Shown piece after piece: positions 25,501 to 37,393 of a DNA stretch of 64,000 nt. The DNA comes from Trichoplax sp. H2. Lineage: Eukaryota. The position numbers and the translations under genes are program-made. The stretch spans positions 558,001 to 622,000 of the forward strand of contig NOWV01000018.1 in assembly GCA_003344405.1 (NCBI GenBank), given 5' to 3'. Positions within the stretch are counted from its first letter, which is position 1; each line of letters opens with the position of its first letter. The notes under the pieces were generated by a model. The model did no database searches and had not been told where the DNA came from. It saw nothing but the letters and a program-made list of their open reading frames with translations.

Positions 25501-28500
25501 CAGACCAAATTTTAAAGGAGTAAGTAAATCTATATCCATATAAATAATACTTGTATTGACAACATACGGTAATAAGGGGTAATCAAGATGGATCAATACC
25601 AAATGCAATGGATTTAACGAAATTAGAATTTTTTTTCTTGTAAATGATTCAATTTAAATCAGCAATGGCAAATTAAAAAAAATTATAATCACTTCTATCT
25701 GTACATGCGTCTACGCGTATGACTATTCCTTTCTATCCTCCTATATACTGCTCGATCTTTTACTATAGTAAGAAAATTTTTGAATTGCTACAGTAATATA
25801 CTCAACTGCAGTATTAAAGTGGTGTCTAATATTCAGCTCAATGTTGACTGGTTGAAATCATTTTTTGTCGATTTATTGGCGTAAAATTGCCTAGCATTAC
25901 ATTTCATTAAAAGAGTAATAAGCCCATAGAATATGAGTATTGCTTAATCAAATCAAGAGAGCAATATGTTCTCCTAAAAAATGGCTGTACAATATTTTAG
26001 ATAAACTAGTTACAAGTCTGATCGTTATCATACTTTCATTTTTCTTCATTTCTTAGGTCAACTACTTGTATTTACTCAATAACATTATCCAATGATACTG
26101 CTCGATTAGCTCACGATTAGTAAGTAAAAGTTCATTGATATTGGAGACGAATTGAAGATTTTGCTCCAATTGTTTAAATTATCGAGATTGAGTTAATTCC
26201 AATCAGTCTGCATGATGATACAGTATCATATTGAAAGCCATTAAAATGAAAAATTTGCAATCATAACTACTGTCCACTACTGTATCCAATTGCTGTGTTT
26301 TCTTATTAAGTAATACTGATTCCCAGCTCTTTTATAAAAAAATGTGTACAATTTTATAACGTCAATAATAACTTTTTAGCAGGTTTACATAGTCTTTGCA
26401 TCAATATTTTCAATCAAGGAAAGCCAAGGCGGATGATGAAATAATTTTAAGAAAGGAGCAATCTATTCATTGTGTAGTGGATAGATAGACCGACATGAAT
26501 CGTGACATGCCGGAAGTTAAAATATCCACCAAGGATAGAGTATCCAATCAAAGTCATGATAAATAGCAATATGGAAAAGTAAATAGACGAACATAACATG
26601 AAAAAACTATCAAAATAGGTTTAGCCATCCCTATTTCAATCAACAAAGCAAAAACTTAATGATGAACTACTTTGAAGATAGGATTAAGTCATTCATTGCG
26701 TAGTGAATAGATTGGCATGAATTAGGACTGGAAGTTCAACAAGATTTAGACCATAGTATTCTTCAATTAAATCAACATCAAATGCAATACGAAAATGTCC
26801 ATAGATGAAAATTGATGGATTACATAATAAATGAAGGATCGATTGACTTTAGGATAGGATAGATCGTTTTGACTGGATCAAAACGATTAAAACGATTAAA
26901 GCAATTAGCCAAGTGATACAGTATTTATAAAAATCAACACCAAATGCAATATGGAAAAGTAAATAGATGAAAAGAGTATCTCAAGCTACCCCCAAAAGGT
27001 CTCGTTAGGGCACTATTCTCCGTGTTGAAGTAATCCCTTTTATGTGTTACATCATCGCTAAGTGTAAAAAAATATCAAGAAAGGATAAAAGAATTTCTGC
27101 AAGATCAATACCACAAACACTTCTCTATCAAAGGTTACCGATGAATAAAAAATGTTTTACTATCAACAATTCAATCAAAATTAACAACTAATCCATTTTT
27201 TTAATACCATTTTAGCAGAGTTGGATCAATATTGAAAGTAAGACCGCAAAAGAGATGGTTGATAGAAGCAATTTGAGCGTTTTTATGAATAAAATACAAT
27301 CGCAATTTTCAGTTGTGCCCAAGGAATTTAGAATAGACGTTGATCAATCGATCGATGAATAGGTATTGAGTTATGATCGCCGTGATAGTAAAATTAAATT
27401 GGATTTGTTGGATATTATTTACTTCTATGCGTACGTGTCTACTGAGTGCATCTCCTCCTTTTACAGTAATAAATGTATAGACGGGTATACAAAAAGGAGG
27501 AGAGTAAATCATAGCACAACTATGTCAGCAAAAGAACATTATTCTTATTATGCAATCCTACGCATGTAACATATGTGATGCAATGACTCCAATCATAAGC
27601 AAATCCTCATTTCTTCTGCCTTTAATAATATAGATTGTTGTCTAATCCACGGACACCTTGCTGGCATAGGGTTACTTTCCAATCATTGAACCTCTCGGCT
27701 TGGCGAAAATATGGCTTAGACAAACAATGCACGGCTAAGCATAAGGAGATTATTATCAACCAACATTGCATACATACATATGCACTAGTGGGCAAAGAGT
27801 AGGAGGAGGAAAATGCCGGCATGTAGTAAATAGGCGGCCATGAGTTATTTAATGGCAATTTAAATGTGCACGTTGAAGGGATAGAAAGGGCTTGCAAAGA
27901 AATTTGGACGTTAACTCAAACTCTGATTTGTAGTAGCCTCTTCCTGTGATAGGATAAACATTTTGTTTGAAGTCATGACATTGGAATGGTATTATTTTTA
28001 ATGGCTCTTTATGTGCAAATTTGAGGGATTGAAGGGGCTACCATAGAAAGAAAAATTGGACTTTAACTGCAATTTCGATTTTCAACAGTCTCTTTTTGTA
28101 ACAGAATTGGCATTTTATTGAAAGTCATGACTAAGGTTTGACAGCGATAGGTTAGAGAAGAAAGCTGATGTAGGGTAGACAGGCGAACAATTATTTTATA
28201 TATATGCGTATATACTGTAGGTAACATAACATATATATTTAGTCATTAGTCATGCAATGATGCTTTTAATGGCTCTTTATATGCTCGTTTGAGGGTTGAG
28301 ATGGCTTAGAAAGAAGTTTTTTAAGTTCACTACAATTTATATTTCCCAAAGCCTCTTTCTGCAAGAAAATATGCATTATGCATTTTAAGCTATACAGTAA
28401 CTAAGGTTTGACAGGAACAGGGATAGGTTAGAAGATAGCCGGTACGTAGTAGACAGGAGAACATTTAGTCATGGAATGATACTTTTTTTAATGGCACTTC

Positions 28501-31500
28501 AAGCTTGAGGGGTTGCAAGGGCTTACAAAGAAGTTAGACACCTAATGCAATTTTTTATTTGCACTAGTTACTTGAATAGAATATACTGTACGTAGTATTT
28601 TAAGCCATGATTGAAGTTTGACGATAATAGGAACGGTAGACAGCTAGTATTGGTCATTCATTGGTATTTCGAATGTGATAGTTTGTGTGGATTGAAAGAG
28701 CTAGGAATAAGTTTACTCTTCAGATAATATTTTATTTCCTGCTGCCTCTTTCTAGAGTAGAATGGGTTTTATTTTAGCCATTATTACAAAGACTTGACAG
28801 CAAAAAGCTAAGAAGAAAACTTGTACGAGCTACGTAATACGATAGACCAGTAATAATCATTCCATGTGTCTTTAATGCGCTAGTTTGCGAGGTTGAAAGC
28901 ACTGGGAAAGAAGGTTTACATGCGAGTGCAATTTTTATTTCCAGCAGCCTCTTTCTTAAATAGAGAATATGTTCAATTTAAGCCATCACTACGAAGGCTT
29001 GATTAGCAATAGAAACTGCTAAGAAGAAAGCCGATTACGAACTATGTAATACGAGATAGCCGAGCATTAGTATCATCCCAAGCTGCTTCAAGTTGGAAGA
29101 AAAGCCGGCAGTATTATGTCAATAGTGCTAACCAGCTAATCATTTGAAATCCTAGCTACCTCTTTCATTATTTAAAATGGAATAGTCATACATTTGAAGC
29201 TATTCTAAGGACTAAATAATTTAACTTATGGACGTACAAGGATGATATTGTGCACTCTCTACACAACTAATTATTATAATTAAAATTGAATGGGGTATGC
29301 AAGAAATAGAATAGAAAAAATACCAGCATTTAAGGTTAATATATTACAAGATTACCAAAGTATTTAGTCGAGAGTTATTTTTTGACGCCATTTCAAATTA
29401 CCAGCGGTGGAAGAGAACATGGCTGGAATTGAAAAATTTCACTGATGCTTAAATGATTTGAAGTCATTACTAATGCTAATATTGGCATAGCTACGAATGG
29501 GATATGCAAGGAATTTGATGAAAGAAATTACCAATAGTATAAGATAGGAGGGCTACTATTATAAAATTGATTGAAAACTACTTTTGACGCTATTGCAAAT
29601 GGTAACTACATGCTTGAGTTGAAGACACATTAAAATGGAATATAAAGGATGGGAAGAATTCAATAGGTGCTCAAGAGGCTATTACTTGGATTGGAATTAT
29701 CTCTAAATTAATGCGGTATGCAAGGGACTTGTGGAGGAAGAAAATGCCGGTGATACAGTAATATGTGGCAGGATTACCATAGTATTGATGTATTTAATGA
29801 TCATTTTTGACGCCATTTTAAATTGGACCCCAACTGCTTGGAGTTGAAGATAAAAATGGATGTGAAAATTTCAGATTTCAAATGATACTCTCAGGATATC
29901 TACTAATTCCAGGTTAGGACCAATTCTGATGAATAACGCAATAATTAGTTATTTACAACTGTCAAGAATCATATATTCAATATAATGCAATATCAAGGAA
30001 ATTCCGTACATAACAATAATATCTAATATTTTCGTTCTGAAAGCAACATGCCGAAGTGAAATCGGGCAGTGTATAAATAGCAAAAATGGATCCTCTCTAA
30101 GTTGAAGTTTCCATCCTTTTATACCCGTACAGTATACCGTTGTCATCGCCTATGCGTACTATATACTGACTGTAATTTATCATGAGGAAATAACGTAGAA
30201 CGGAGTAACATAAATAATTCATTGATTGCATAATAAATAAATAAATAAATAAATAAAAATTGGTTATCCGATGATCTCACTACCGGAATATCTAGTGTAC
30301 AGAAATGAATAACATTAGCCATGCAAATCGACTACGACATTCTATATTCACGAGTTTCAGAATGAGTGGTAGAGATGGAAGAAAAGTATACCAACTAGAA
30401 AGACTATCGACTGCTGTATCCTGCACAGTTGCACACTCTTGGGACTAATGGATATGTAATTAACTTTCTTCCAACAATTTCAACTAGTAGTTTACTTAAT
30501 GGATCTACGAGTGCTTTCCCAGGAATAAACTCCAATCCGGAATACCAAAATCCTAAACGAATCGATTAATCTATCAACTCGATAAAACAATACTATGCAA
30601 GATGTTTACGCTAATCCAGAATATCTCCAGCTTAAGCAGATCGGCTAATCTATCAACTTGATGAAATAATGCTAAACACGATAAACTCTAATTAGGATTA
30701 TTCCAATGCTAAACGAATCGACTAATCCATCAACTCGATAAAATCATCCTAATGACCATAAACTCTAATCTGGGTCACTCCAATACTAGATAAATTGACT
30801 GATCTAGTAATCCGATGAAATAATACTAAATATGATAAACTCTAATCTGGAATATCCCAATGCTGAGCCATAGACTGATCTATCAACTCGACCAAATAAT
30901 CCCAAAGATGATAACCTTAGTATTAGTAGCCAATTAACTAAAACTGGTCAATAGTCTATTAAAATCAACATACTCGTAGTTCGAGCAGTAAATCGAAGAT
31001 GGCCAAAGATAGACAGCTATAAATGAATGCACTTATATTTATACAATATAGAGGTTGAAATAGGCCAATCTCGACTAATCTACTGTACTAAAAGTCAGCT
31101 TACCAACTTGTTCTACAGAAAAGCGACATGGTTTGATCAGAGAAAGTCGATGATAAAAAAATTTGTTCGTATACCCGATAATAGTTGATAAGTAAATTCG
31201 CCATCTATTTGACTCATAATTTAAAAATCTTCATTAAAAATGATAAACTTGCTTGAATATCTAAATACCAATCAATGGATGCAATACCCATTGAATAACT
31301 CGTATAATGCTCATATTTTAAAAGAAATCTAATTTACTTTGTAAGACTCCCAATCAAATTGATTGATGTAACTTGACTATTTCGGAGTGAATCAATGCAT
31401 AAATCCTAACCTGTATAATAATAATTTAGTGCAAGTACTCGAATACTAACTAGCTACTACCTATCAACATTATCTAAGTCTGGTAATAAGCTGGCTGATT

Positions 31501-34354
31501 AATAGTTTACGAAGAAGGCATGCTGGCTAACCATCCAATTCATAATTCAATATTGAGGCAAAACCGGATCCGGTTTGATAGGAGTAACGAGTCAATGTAG
31601 CATTAATCCAAAAAAGGAATGCATACGGACAGTAGATAACTTTCTTTAATCGAAGAATGTGTTAAAAGTGTCTTGATAGTTAATACCAAATTACTTCTGT
31701 AAGCATGAGTAGATTGCTGTATTTCCTTACTACGAGATTTCCGATATCAAGCTCAATAAGTTACAATGACATGATGCCATCTACGTATATCTACTTTGCA
31801 TAGAAAACAAACATCAACACTGTTTTCAATTGATAGAACTAATAAGGATGCTATACCGCAACTGCCTGCCGATAGCATTTAATCAGTCCAACTAATTATA
31901 ATAATCTAAAACTTGGGAATAAATCTATCGACTCCAAAAAGAATTTACAAATCAATCAGATAAAGCGACTTGTAATTAAAGATTACTAACTAACAAATCT
32001 AGGAAGAGTGACAGAACCGATACATCGGAAACTGCAAATCCATCCGAAAAAGAGGACTTGCCATAATTATAGAGGTTATAAATTAATAAAATAAAGGAAG
32101 AATAGTACAAATTCAGATAGCTACATGGGCCTTGCAATTAATGAAGATGTAATTATTATACAAGTACGCGTAGAATAGAAACGAAAGAAGCGCTGAATTG
32201 ATGCTCATGCAGTAGAATACGTGATATACGCCCATTAGACCCAATCATTTCTCTATCGGTTAAATCAAGTTTAATAAATTTGGAATACCGTAGGATCGAA
32301 CACTCCATCGGATGTTATAGGTGATAATGGAATCGATATTATTGTCCGATAATGCTAATCAGTTATTAACAATTCTACCCGTAGTTTCTTACAAACACAT
32401 CTAAGCTATTTAATACAGAATTATATCCAAAGTTATTTCCGGTAGGACAATTTTAGCCAAGGTTAATGAAATCTTTATTAAGATAGATCTATTCTACTGA
32501 GCTGCAGTTGACTTTACATCCAATAACGATTTATTCCAGCTACTTTGTAAGGCTTTCTATCTCATCGGAGAAAAAAGGAAATGAAAAAAAAGTCTTTTAA
32601 TCTATTGTCGGGTATACTGAAGGATAGTTGTGGGGACAACCTAGTTCAGTCCATGCATTTAGAAAAGCCTTGGTCTTATTCTACCTGCCAAGTCGAGCAT
32701 TACTTCTTTTCATCCCATCTCGAGATATAGTTAATTTTTTCAAGGTAAATAGGAACTAATCCAAAAGAAATAAATCTATCTACAAAATTCTACTTTCTGT
32801 TGCCATTAGCGATAAATAGGCACGTTAGCAAAATGAATTTGTAATTGACATGTGAGATGAAAAGCAAATCAAACTTTTATTCCATAGCATTTGTTTCTGT
32901 GTGAATAAATTAACATTTATTTTTTCTTTTTCTGGACTTTATTCATGGATCGCTAGAAAGGAACCTAGCTTTCTTTCTAATGATTAATGACTTATTCAAG
33001 CTATTCCTACGCTACTGTAACGCTCTACAACGCTCGATTACATTGAGAGAAAAAAAATAAGTGTTTGCTAATTGCAATTGTTTACCTTCATCTGCCCTAC
33101 TACTACTGCAGCTGTACATCGGGTTGGCCTGATACCGACTAGACGAATAGTTACTCTAGTATAGCGTATATCGATACGGGATTGAATAATCTTCATGGAT
33201 GTTATTGACTGTAGATCGTAAAAGGAATTTGACACCTTGCAGAAAGTATGGCATGATCAGCAGGAAAACTTGAAAGCTCATTAAACGCCTTGAGTTATAT
33301 ATAAGAAACAATTTTAAACTGCTACTTATCCGTCCAGAATGCTGTAGACGTTGACGAGAAAGCATTCGTAGGCGGGTAGAATTAGACGTGGATAGCTGGA
33401 TAAGATTGTCAATTCTAAATTAACTGTCTAATCAACAAAGAGAAACATGTTGACTAATTTTGGCTGGCAGTGAATAAAATACAAAGTGATATCAATCATG
33501 CTAGTGTCAAAGGAAATATCTGTTATGAAATGGCTGTAGATACAACGTATACGAATTTTGGGGGGGCCTAGGTTAGCACCTAATGTTGAATTTTAAATTA
33601 CTGTACCAGCATGAAACACTTTTGTTCCACAACGAATAGACACAAGAATAAACGCTTCCGTATCAACATTGGGCTAGCTACAAACTTCGATCGAATATCA
33701 TTGTCGATGAAATAGTATACAGATGGCTATTGGTTGATTTTAAAATGATTCTAATTTATACTATACAGTCAAAGTCATACTCTACGTCTACGTGCAAGTG
33801 ATGGAAGATCCGTTAATTAAAGACGACCAACTTAATGACAACATTACTCTATCAGCAATTACCGCCCAGTGCGTATAGAACTAATGGACTGGAGCAGGTA
33901 ATTTCAATTTAGCTATTGATGGCTTCGAATTTATTTCAACAAAAATTGTCCATCTTGATTCGCTACTTTATCCAAAGCTTAGGAAGGAAAGCAACAATAT
34001 CCGATAGACAATACTGCAACATCCATGCTAACAATTCTTAACAACGTGTACAAGTGATGTTCAAAAAAGCCCTCTTCAAAGTTCAAGCCGATCGCAAGCC
34101 GATGTTACCAACAATAACCCTCGCTACATTGCTACTACCCTTTACCATCATGTCGAAATCATTTTACATAAGCATACCATGTATGTTATTAGAAAGTCAT
34201 TCCATAAAAGTTGAAAAGTTAATTCTATTCTTCATCAGTTTGATCGATCATTTGTTATACCTGTAAAAATATTCTATTTGTAACTTACCCGTACTAGTGT
34301 TTCCTTCCTATTAAGATCATCCAACGCTGTCGCTTCATGATCCTGCTTCTCCAT
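19543..34354 (-). CDS. SLC4 bicarbonate transporter / anion exchanger (AE-like), paralog A, multi-exon
   Basis: Candidate first exon 34354-34289 ([10 protein letters not shown], gtaagt donor) splices in frame to 25493-25337 and on through [97 protein letters not shown] and REQRLT. It ends [17 protein letters not shown] (last exon stop at 19543). The first exon is less certain than the core. Confidence 0.9.
26400..26975. repeat. Degenerate tandem repeats in SLC4-A intron 1
   Basis: gcaatatggaaaagtaaataga near 26566 and 26946. aatcaaca.caaatgcaata near 26770 and 26932. Confidence 0.55.
27845..29070. repeat. ~200-bp degenerate tandem repeat, about 6 copies, in SLC4-A intron 1
   Basis: Blocks recur in the same order: ttttaatggc, ttgagggttga, gcaattt.tattt, gcctcttt, aagccat, ttgacag. 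Confidence 0.75.
29285..29900. repeat. ~210-bp degenerate tandem repeat, 3 copies
   Basis: aatg.g.tatgcaag near 29289, 29496 and 29710, each followed by ttttgacgc.att. Confidence 0.75.
30526..30915. repeat. ~77-bp degenerate tandem repeat, 5 copies
   Basis: ataaactc.aat at 30526, 30681, 30758 and 30835, with a variant near 30604. Each carries an atctatcaactcgat-like core. Confidence 0.85.
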
Positions 34355-35882
34355 TCCTACTCGATTCTACTACTATATTAATTTAGTGGTACTGCAATTA
34401 AAAATGGACACAGTACTGAAATTAGCCGATAATCATGCCATCAATAAAGTAAATCGTCTTCCACAATTAATTTCCATCGACAGTGGGGGCCGTCGACAAG
34501 AATTGATTATAATATTATCTATGTCGATTATTCTTTTCATTAGATAACAACTACTTCATATCCTTTCCTATGATTGCATACAATTTGAATAAATGATGTG
34601 AGCGACTATGTTACAGTATCGATTACTGTAGACGTTACAGCCTCTAGGCTATCGAGCCACGACAGCTAGTTGGTCCTGGTTACACCATGGTTCCACCCAT
34701 CCAGTGGTGAGGTGACCCGAGTGTGAACCGTAACGTCTTTTTAAGGACAACCTATTGATTGTTAAAGCTATAGTAAACGATAGAGTGCAACCTGGTGATT
34801 CAGTGTGTGTGTGTGATGGCAGTTCAGCCATGGTGTGAAACGGATCACTGCTATGTTAACGTGACGTGACTGTCATGACCAAACATTGCGATTCCCTACT
34901 ACTGAAACATCGCTACAGGTTGCATAAATTGACCCATGAATCCAATCCAGAGGTACAGTAGATCGGGTATTCGAAAATGGCTGTAAAATAATGAAAGTTC
35001 CAAATTAATTTTATTTATTTATTTACTTTGTTCTCAATATTAACACTGTACGCGGTGTACACTAATTGAAAATGGAGAATGCAGCGTATACACAGTAGTA
35101 CAAAAAACTTCTTTGACACGGTGTTTATCGTAGAAATTTAGTCGCTCGATGCTGTTCGACAAGCAAGAAAAAAGCCCTTCAAGGTTCGTCTGCAAAGGCT
35201 CACTCTATGTGCCATAGGATTAGCCGTTTTTACTCTCCAATTAGATACGACTATATACTGTTGTGCTATTGCAATGGAAGACCTCACATGTACGGTTAAA
35301 AGACCAGATAATGATTCAATCCAGACAGGGTATAGTTCACTATAGTATTTCACACACTCTAAACTAGATTTATTTAGACAACAAATGACTGACCAAGGTA
35401 AAAGATTATGCCAGTTTGTAGAAAAACTTTTATTCGCTCGACAGGACCGGTGTCAATTATACCGTAATTACCGGTAAAAATGTCCCATTCATAATGTTGA
35501 AGTCAATGTAGTGTACTGTAGTACGCTAATTTAGAATCATTAGATCCATTAGTGCCTCGAAATTAAATCGACAATCATTGTAATCAGCTGATGCGCTGAT
35601 CACTGGCTCATATTTTGTTGTACATACTGTACTGTATATTACAGTTCAGTACTATACTCGTTCTACAGAAATACCAGATATGGTTTTAACCAATGATAGT
35701 ATACTTTGCACCTTTTATATATCGTTAACGAATCATTTCATATACCCTGGCTTTAAACTTTGACTGCTGATCAAACATTAGACAAGAATACAGTACATTG
35801 TCTCATGAAGAAAGCTAAGGCAAGGAAAAATATTTTTTCCCCAACCGCCAAATTTCCATCAAATGCAAAGCGGGTTTGCAAT

Positions 35883-35980
35883 TTTCCCGCGAAATAGGTA
35901 TACCACCAGTGTGACGTCATGGCACATTATGCAAATTATTTGTCCCATAAGTGATGCTATTTCATTGTAAGTATATAAAT
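35883..35980 (+). promoter_or_regulatory. Putative U12 snRNA promoter (PSE-like, TATA-like, octamer, CRE)
   Basis: TCCCATAAGTGATGC at 35943-35957 (about -60, the usual PSE position). TATATAAA at 35972-35979. Octamer ATGCAAAT at 35929-35936. TGACGTCA at 35912-35919. E2F-like TTTCCCGC at 35883-35890. Confidence 0.55.
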
Positions 35981-36002
35981 CAATTGCCTTTCTAATGGAT
36001 CT

Positions 36003-36163
36003 TTGCCTTAAACTAATGAGTAAGGAAAATAACTGAATCCTGGTGACGCGGGATTCGCATCGTATACGTAGTTATACGTGAAATTTTTGCCGGAGGAAGG
36101 TCGTCCTCAGGTGACCCCCACTACTTTTAGGGGGATGCCTGTGTTGTTGCGATCTCCGCTCCC
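36003..36163 (+). ncRNA. RNU12: U12 minor spliceosomal snRNA
   Basis: The 5' end TGCCTTAAACTAATGAGTAAGGAAAATAAC is nearly identical to metazoan U12 and includes the branch-point-pairing AGTAAGGAA (36019-36027). Hairpin GAATCCTG-GTGACG-CGGGATTC (36035-36056) has the conserved GUGACG loop. Hairpin CGTATA..TATACG at 36061-36078. Sm site AATTTTTG at 36082-36089. 3' domain AGGTCGTCCTCAGGTGACC, loop CTACTTT (36121-36127), then GGGATGCCT..GTTGCGATCT. Exact ends are approximate. Confidence 0.96.
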
Positions 36164-36245
36164 TTTATTATAATAAAACCAAGAATAAGTTGATTGATGT
36201 TGCTACTATGTTCTCGGTAGGATGCACAAGGCTATAACAACATTA

Positions 36246-36648
36246 TTATAAATCAGGCATATAAACCTATCTACAATTATGGAAGATCAGAATTTTAAGA
36301 AGTTGTTGGTAATACATCGAAATATCGTATAGCATAAACACATTTTAGTATCGATTCTGCTTGGCATCATTTATTAGAAGTGGTATTATACAGATGGAGA
36401 TGGACCTAAACATTTACCCGCTGAAATGCCCCTTATAAATCAAGCATATGAACTTATCTACAATTATGTAAGACCAGACTTTTAAGAAGTCCTTGGTAAT
36501 ACAAATGTCGTATAGCATAAACACATTTTAATATCAATGATCGATTCTGCTTGGCATCATTTACTAGAAGTGGTATTGTACAGATAGAGATGGACCCAAA
36601 CATTTACTTGTGAAACCTCCAAAAATGCCGCTGAAATGCCTCCATAAT
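36246..36648. repeat. ~190-bp tandem duplication, 2 copies, just downstream of U12
   Basis: ttataaatca.gcatat at 36246 and 36433. Both copies contain atcgattctgcttggcatcattta.tagaagtggtatt and ccgctgaaatgcc. Confidence 0.9.
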
Positions 36649-37393
36649 CTATACCTTCACTATCCTTGTCCAAGCAAATTTGCAAAATTTTAACGAAATA
36701 AATTAAGACCTTTTTGGTTAATTTTGCTAAGAACTGGCAGATATGTTTGGACAAATGCGTTAAAGTTATACGCGTATAGCTGTTTCAACGGCATTTCTGG
36801 ATATATCATAAGAAAATAACTAGATCTAATGTACAATCTCAACACTGTATTCCAGCCTAATTATACTCGACGTATATCTGCAATCAATCAACTATACGGG
36901 TAATATGAAGGGAGTCATACACGTAGAATTAAGCTTGAATATAAGTAATGCGGAATAAGATTTCATCTTTATTCTTGGATCTATTTATATCGAATAAATA
37001 ATAGCATGGCAATATTATTAGCTTAGCCTACAGAATTGCAAGACTACAGTTATTTCCAGATCTTTTATAATTCAATGTTACCGTGGTAATCATCATTGAT
37101 CTACTCTAATCGAATGAAGAAACTACCGCGTTAGCCACGCATTATAGTTATAGGCTTTAAGCATGAAGCGTTTTATCAATATAAGATATGTCGAAATTAA
37201 TCAACATTTTCTATAGCTAAACAATTTTCAACAAGAACATCGCCTTACAATAATATGATCATTTAACCTTTATAATTCATATGATGTCTTAACTTAAATG
37301 TTGACACAATGATTATTTAAAATTTGCCAAGTACTACAGTAGATGTGGCAGCTTGGTAACGTCCAATAAATATTGATCAAGCTTTGGACTAAT

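Noticed and set aside
34640-34880. GC-richer segment as a possible ncRNA
   Set aside because: No known RNA family motifs recognised; more simply explained as SLC4-A promoter or 5'UTR.
35481-35620. Second PSE-like TGTCCCAT motif suggesting another snRNA gene
   Set aside because: No recognisable snRNA sequence or Sm site lies downstream.
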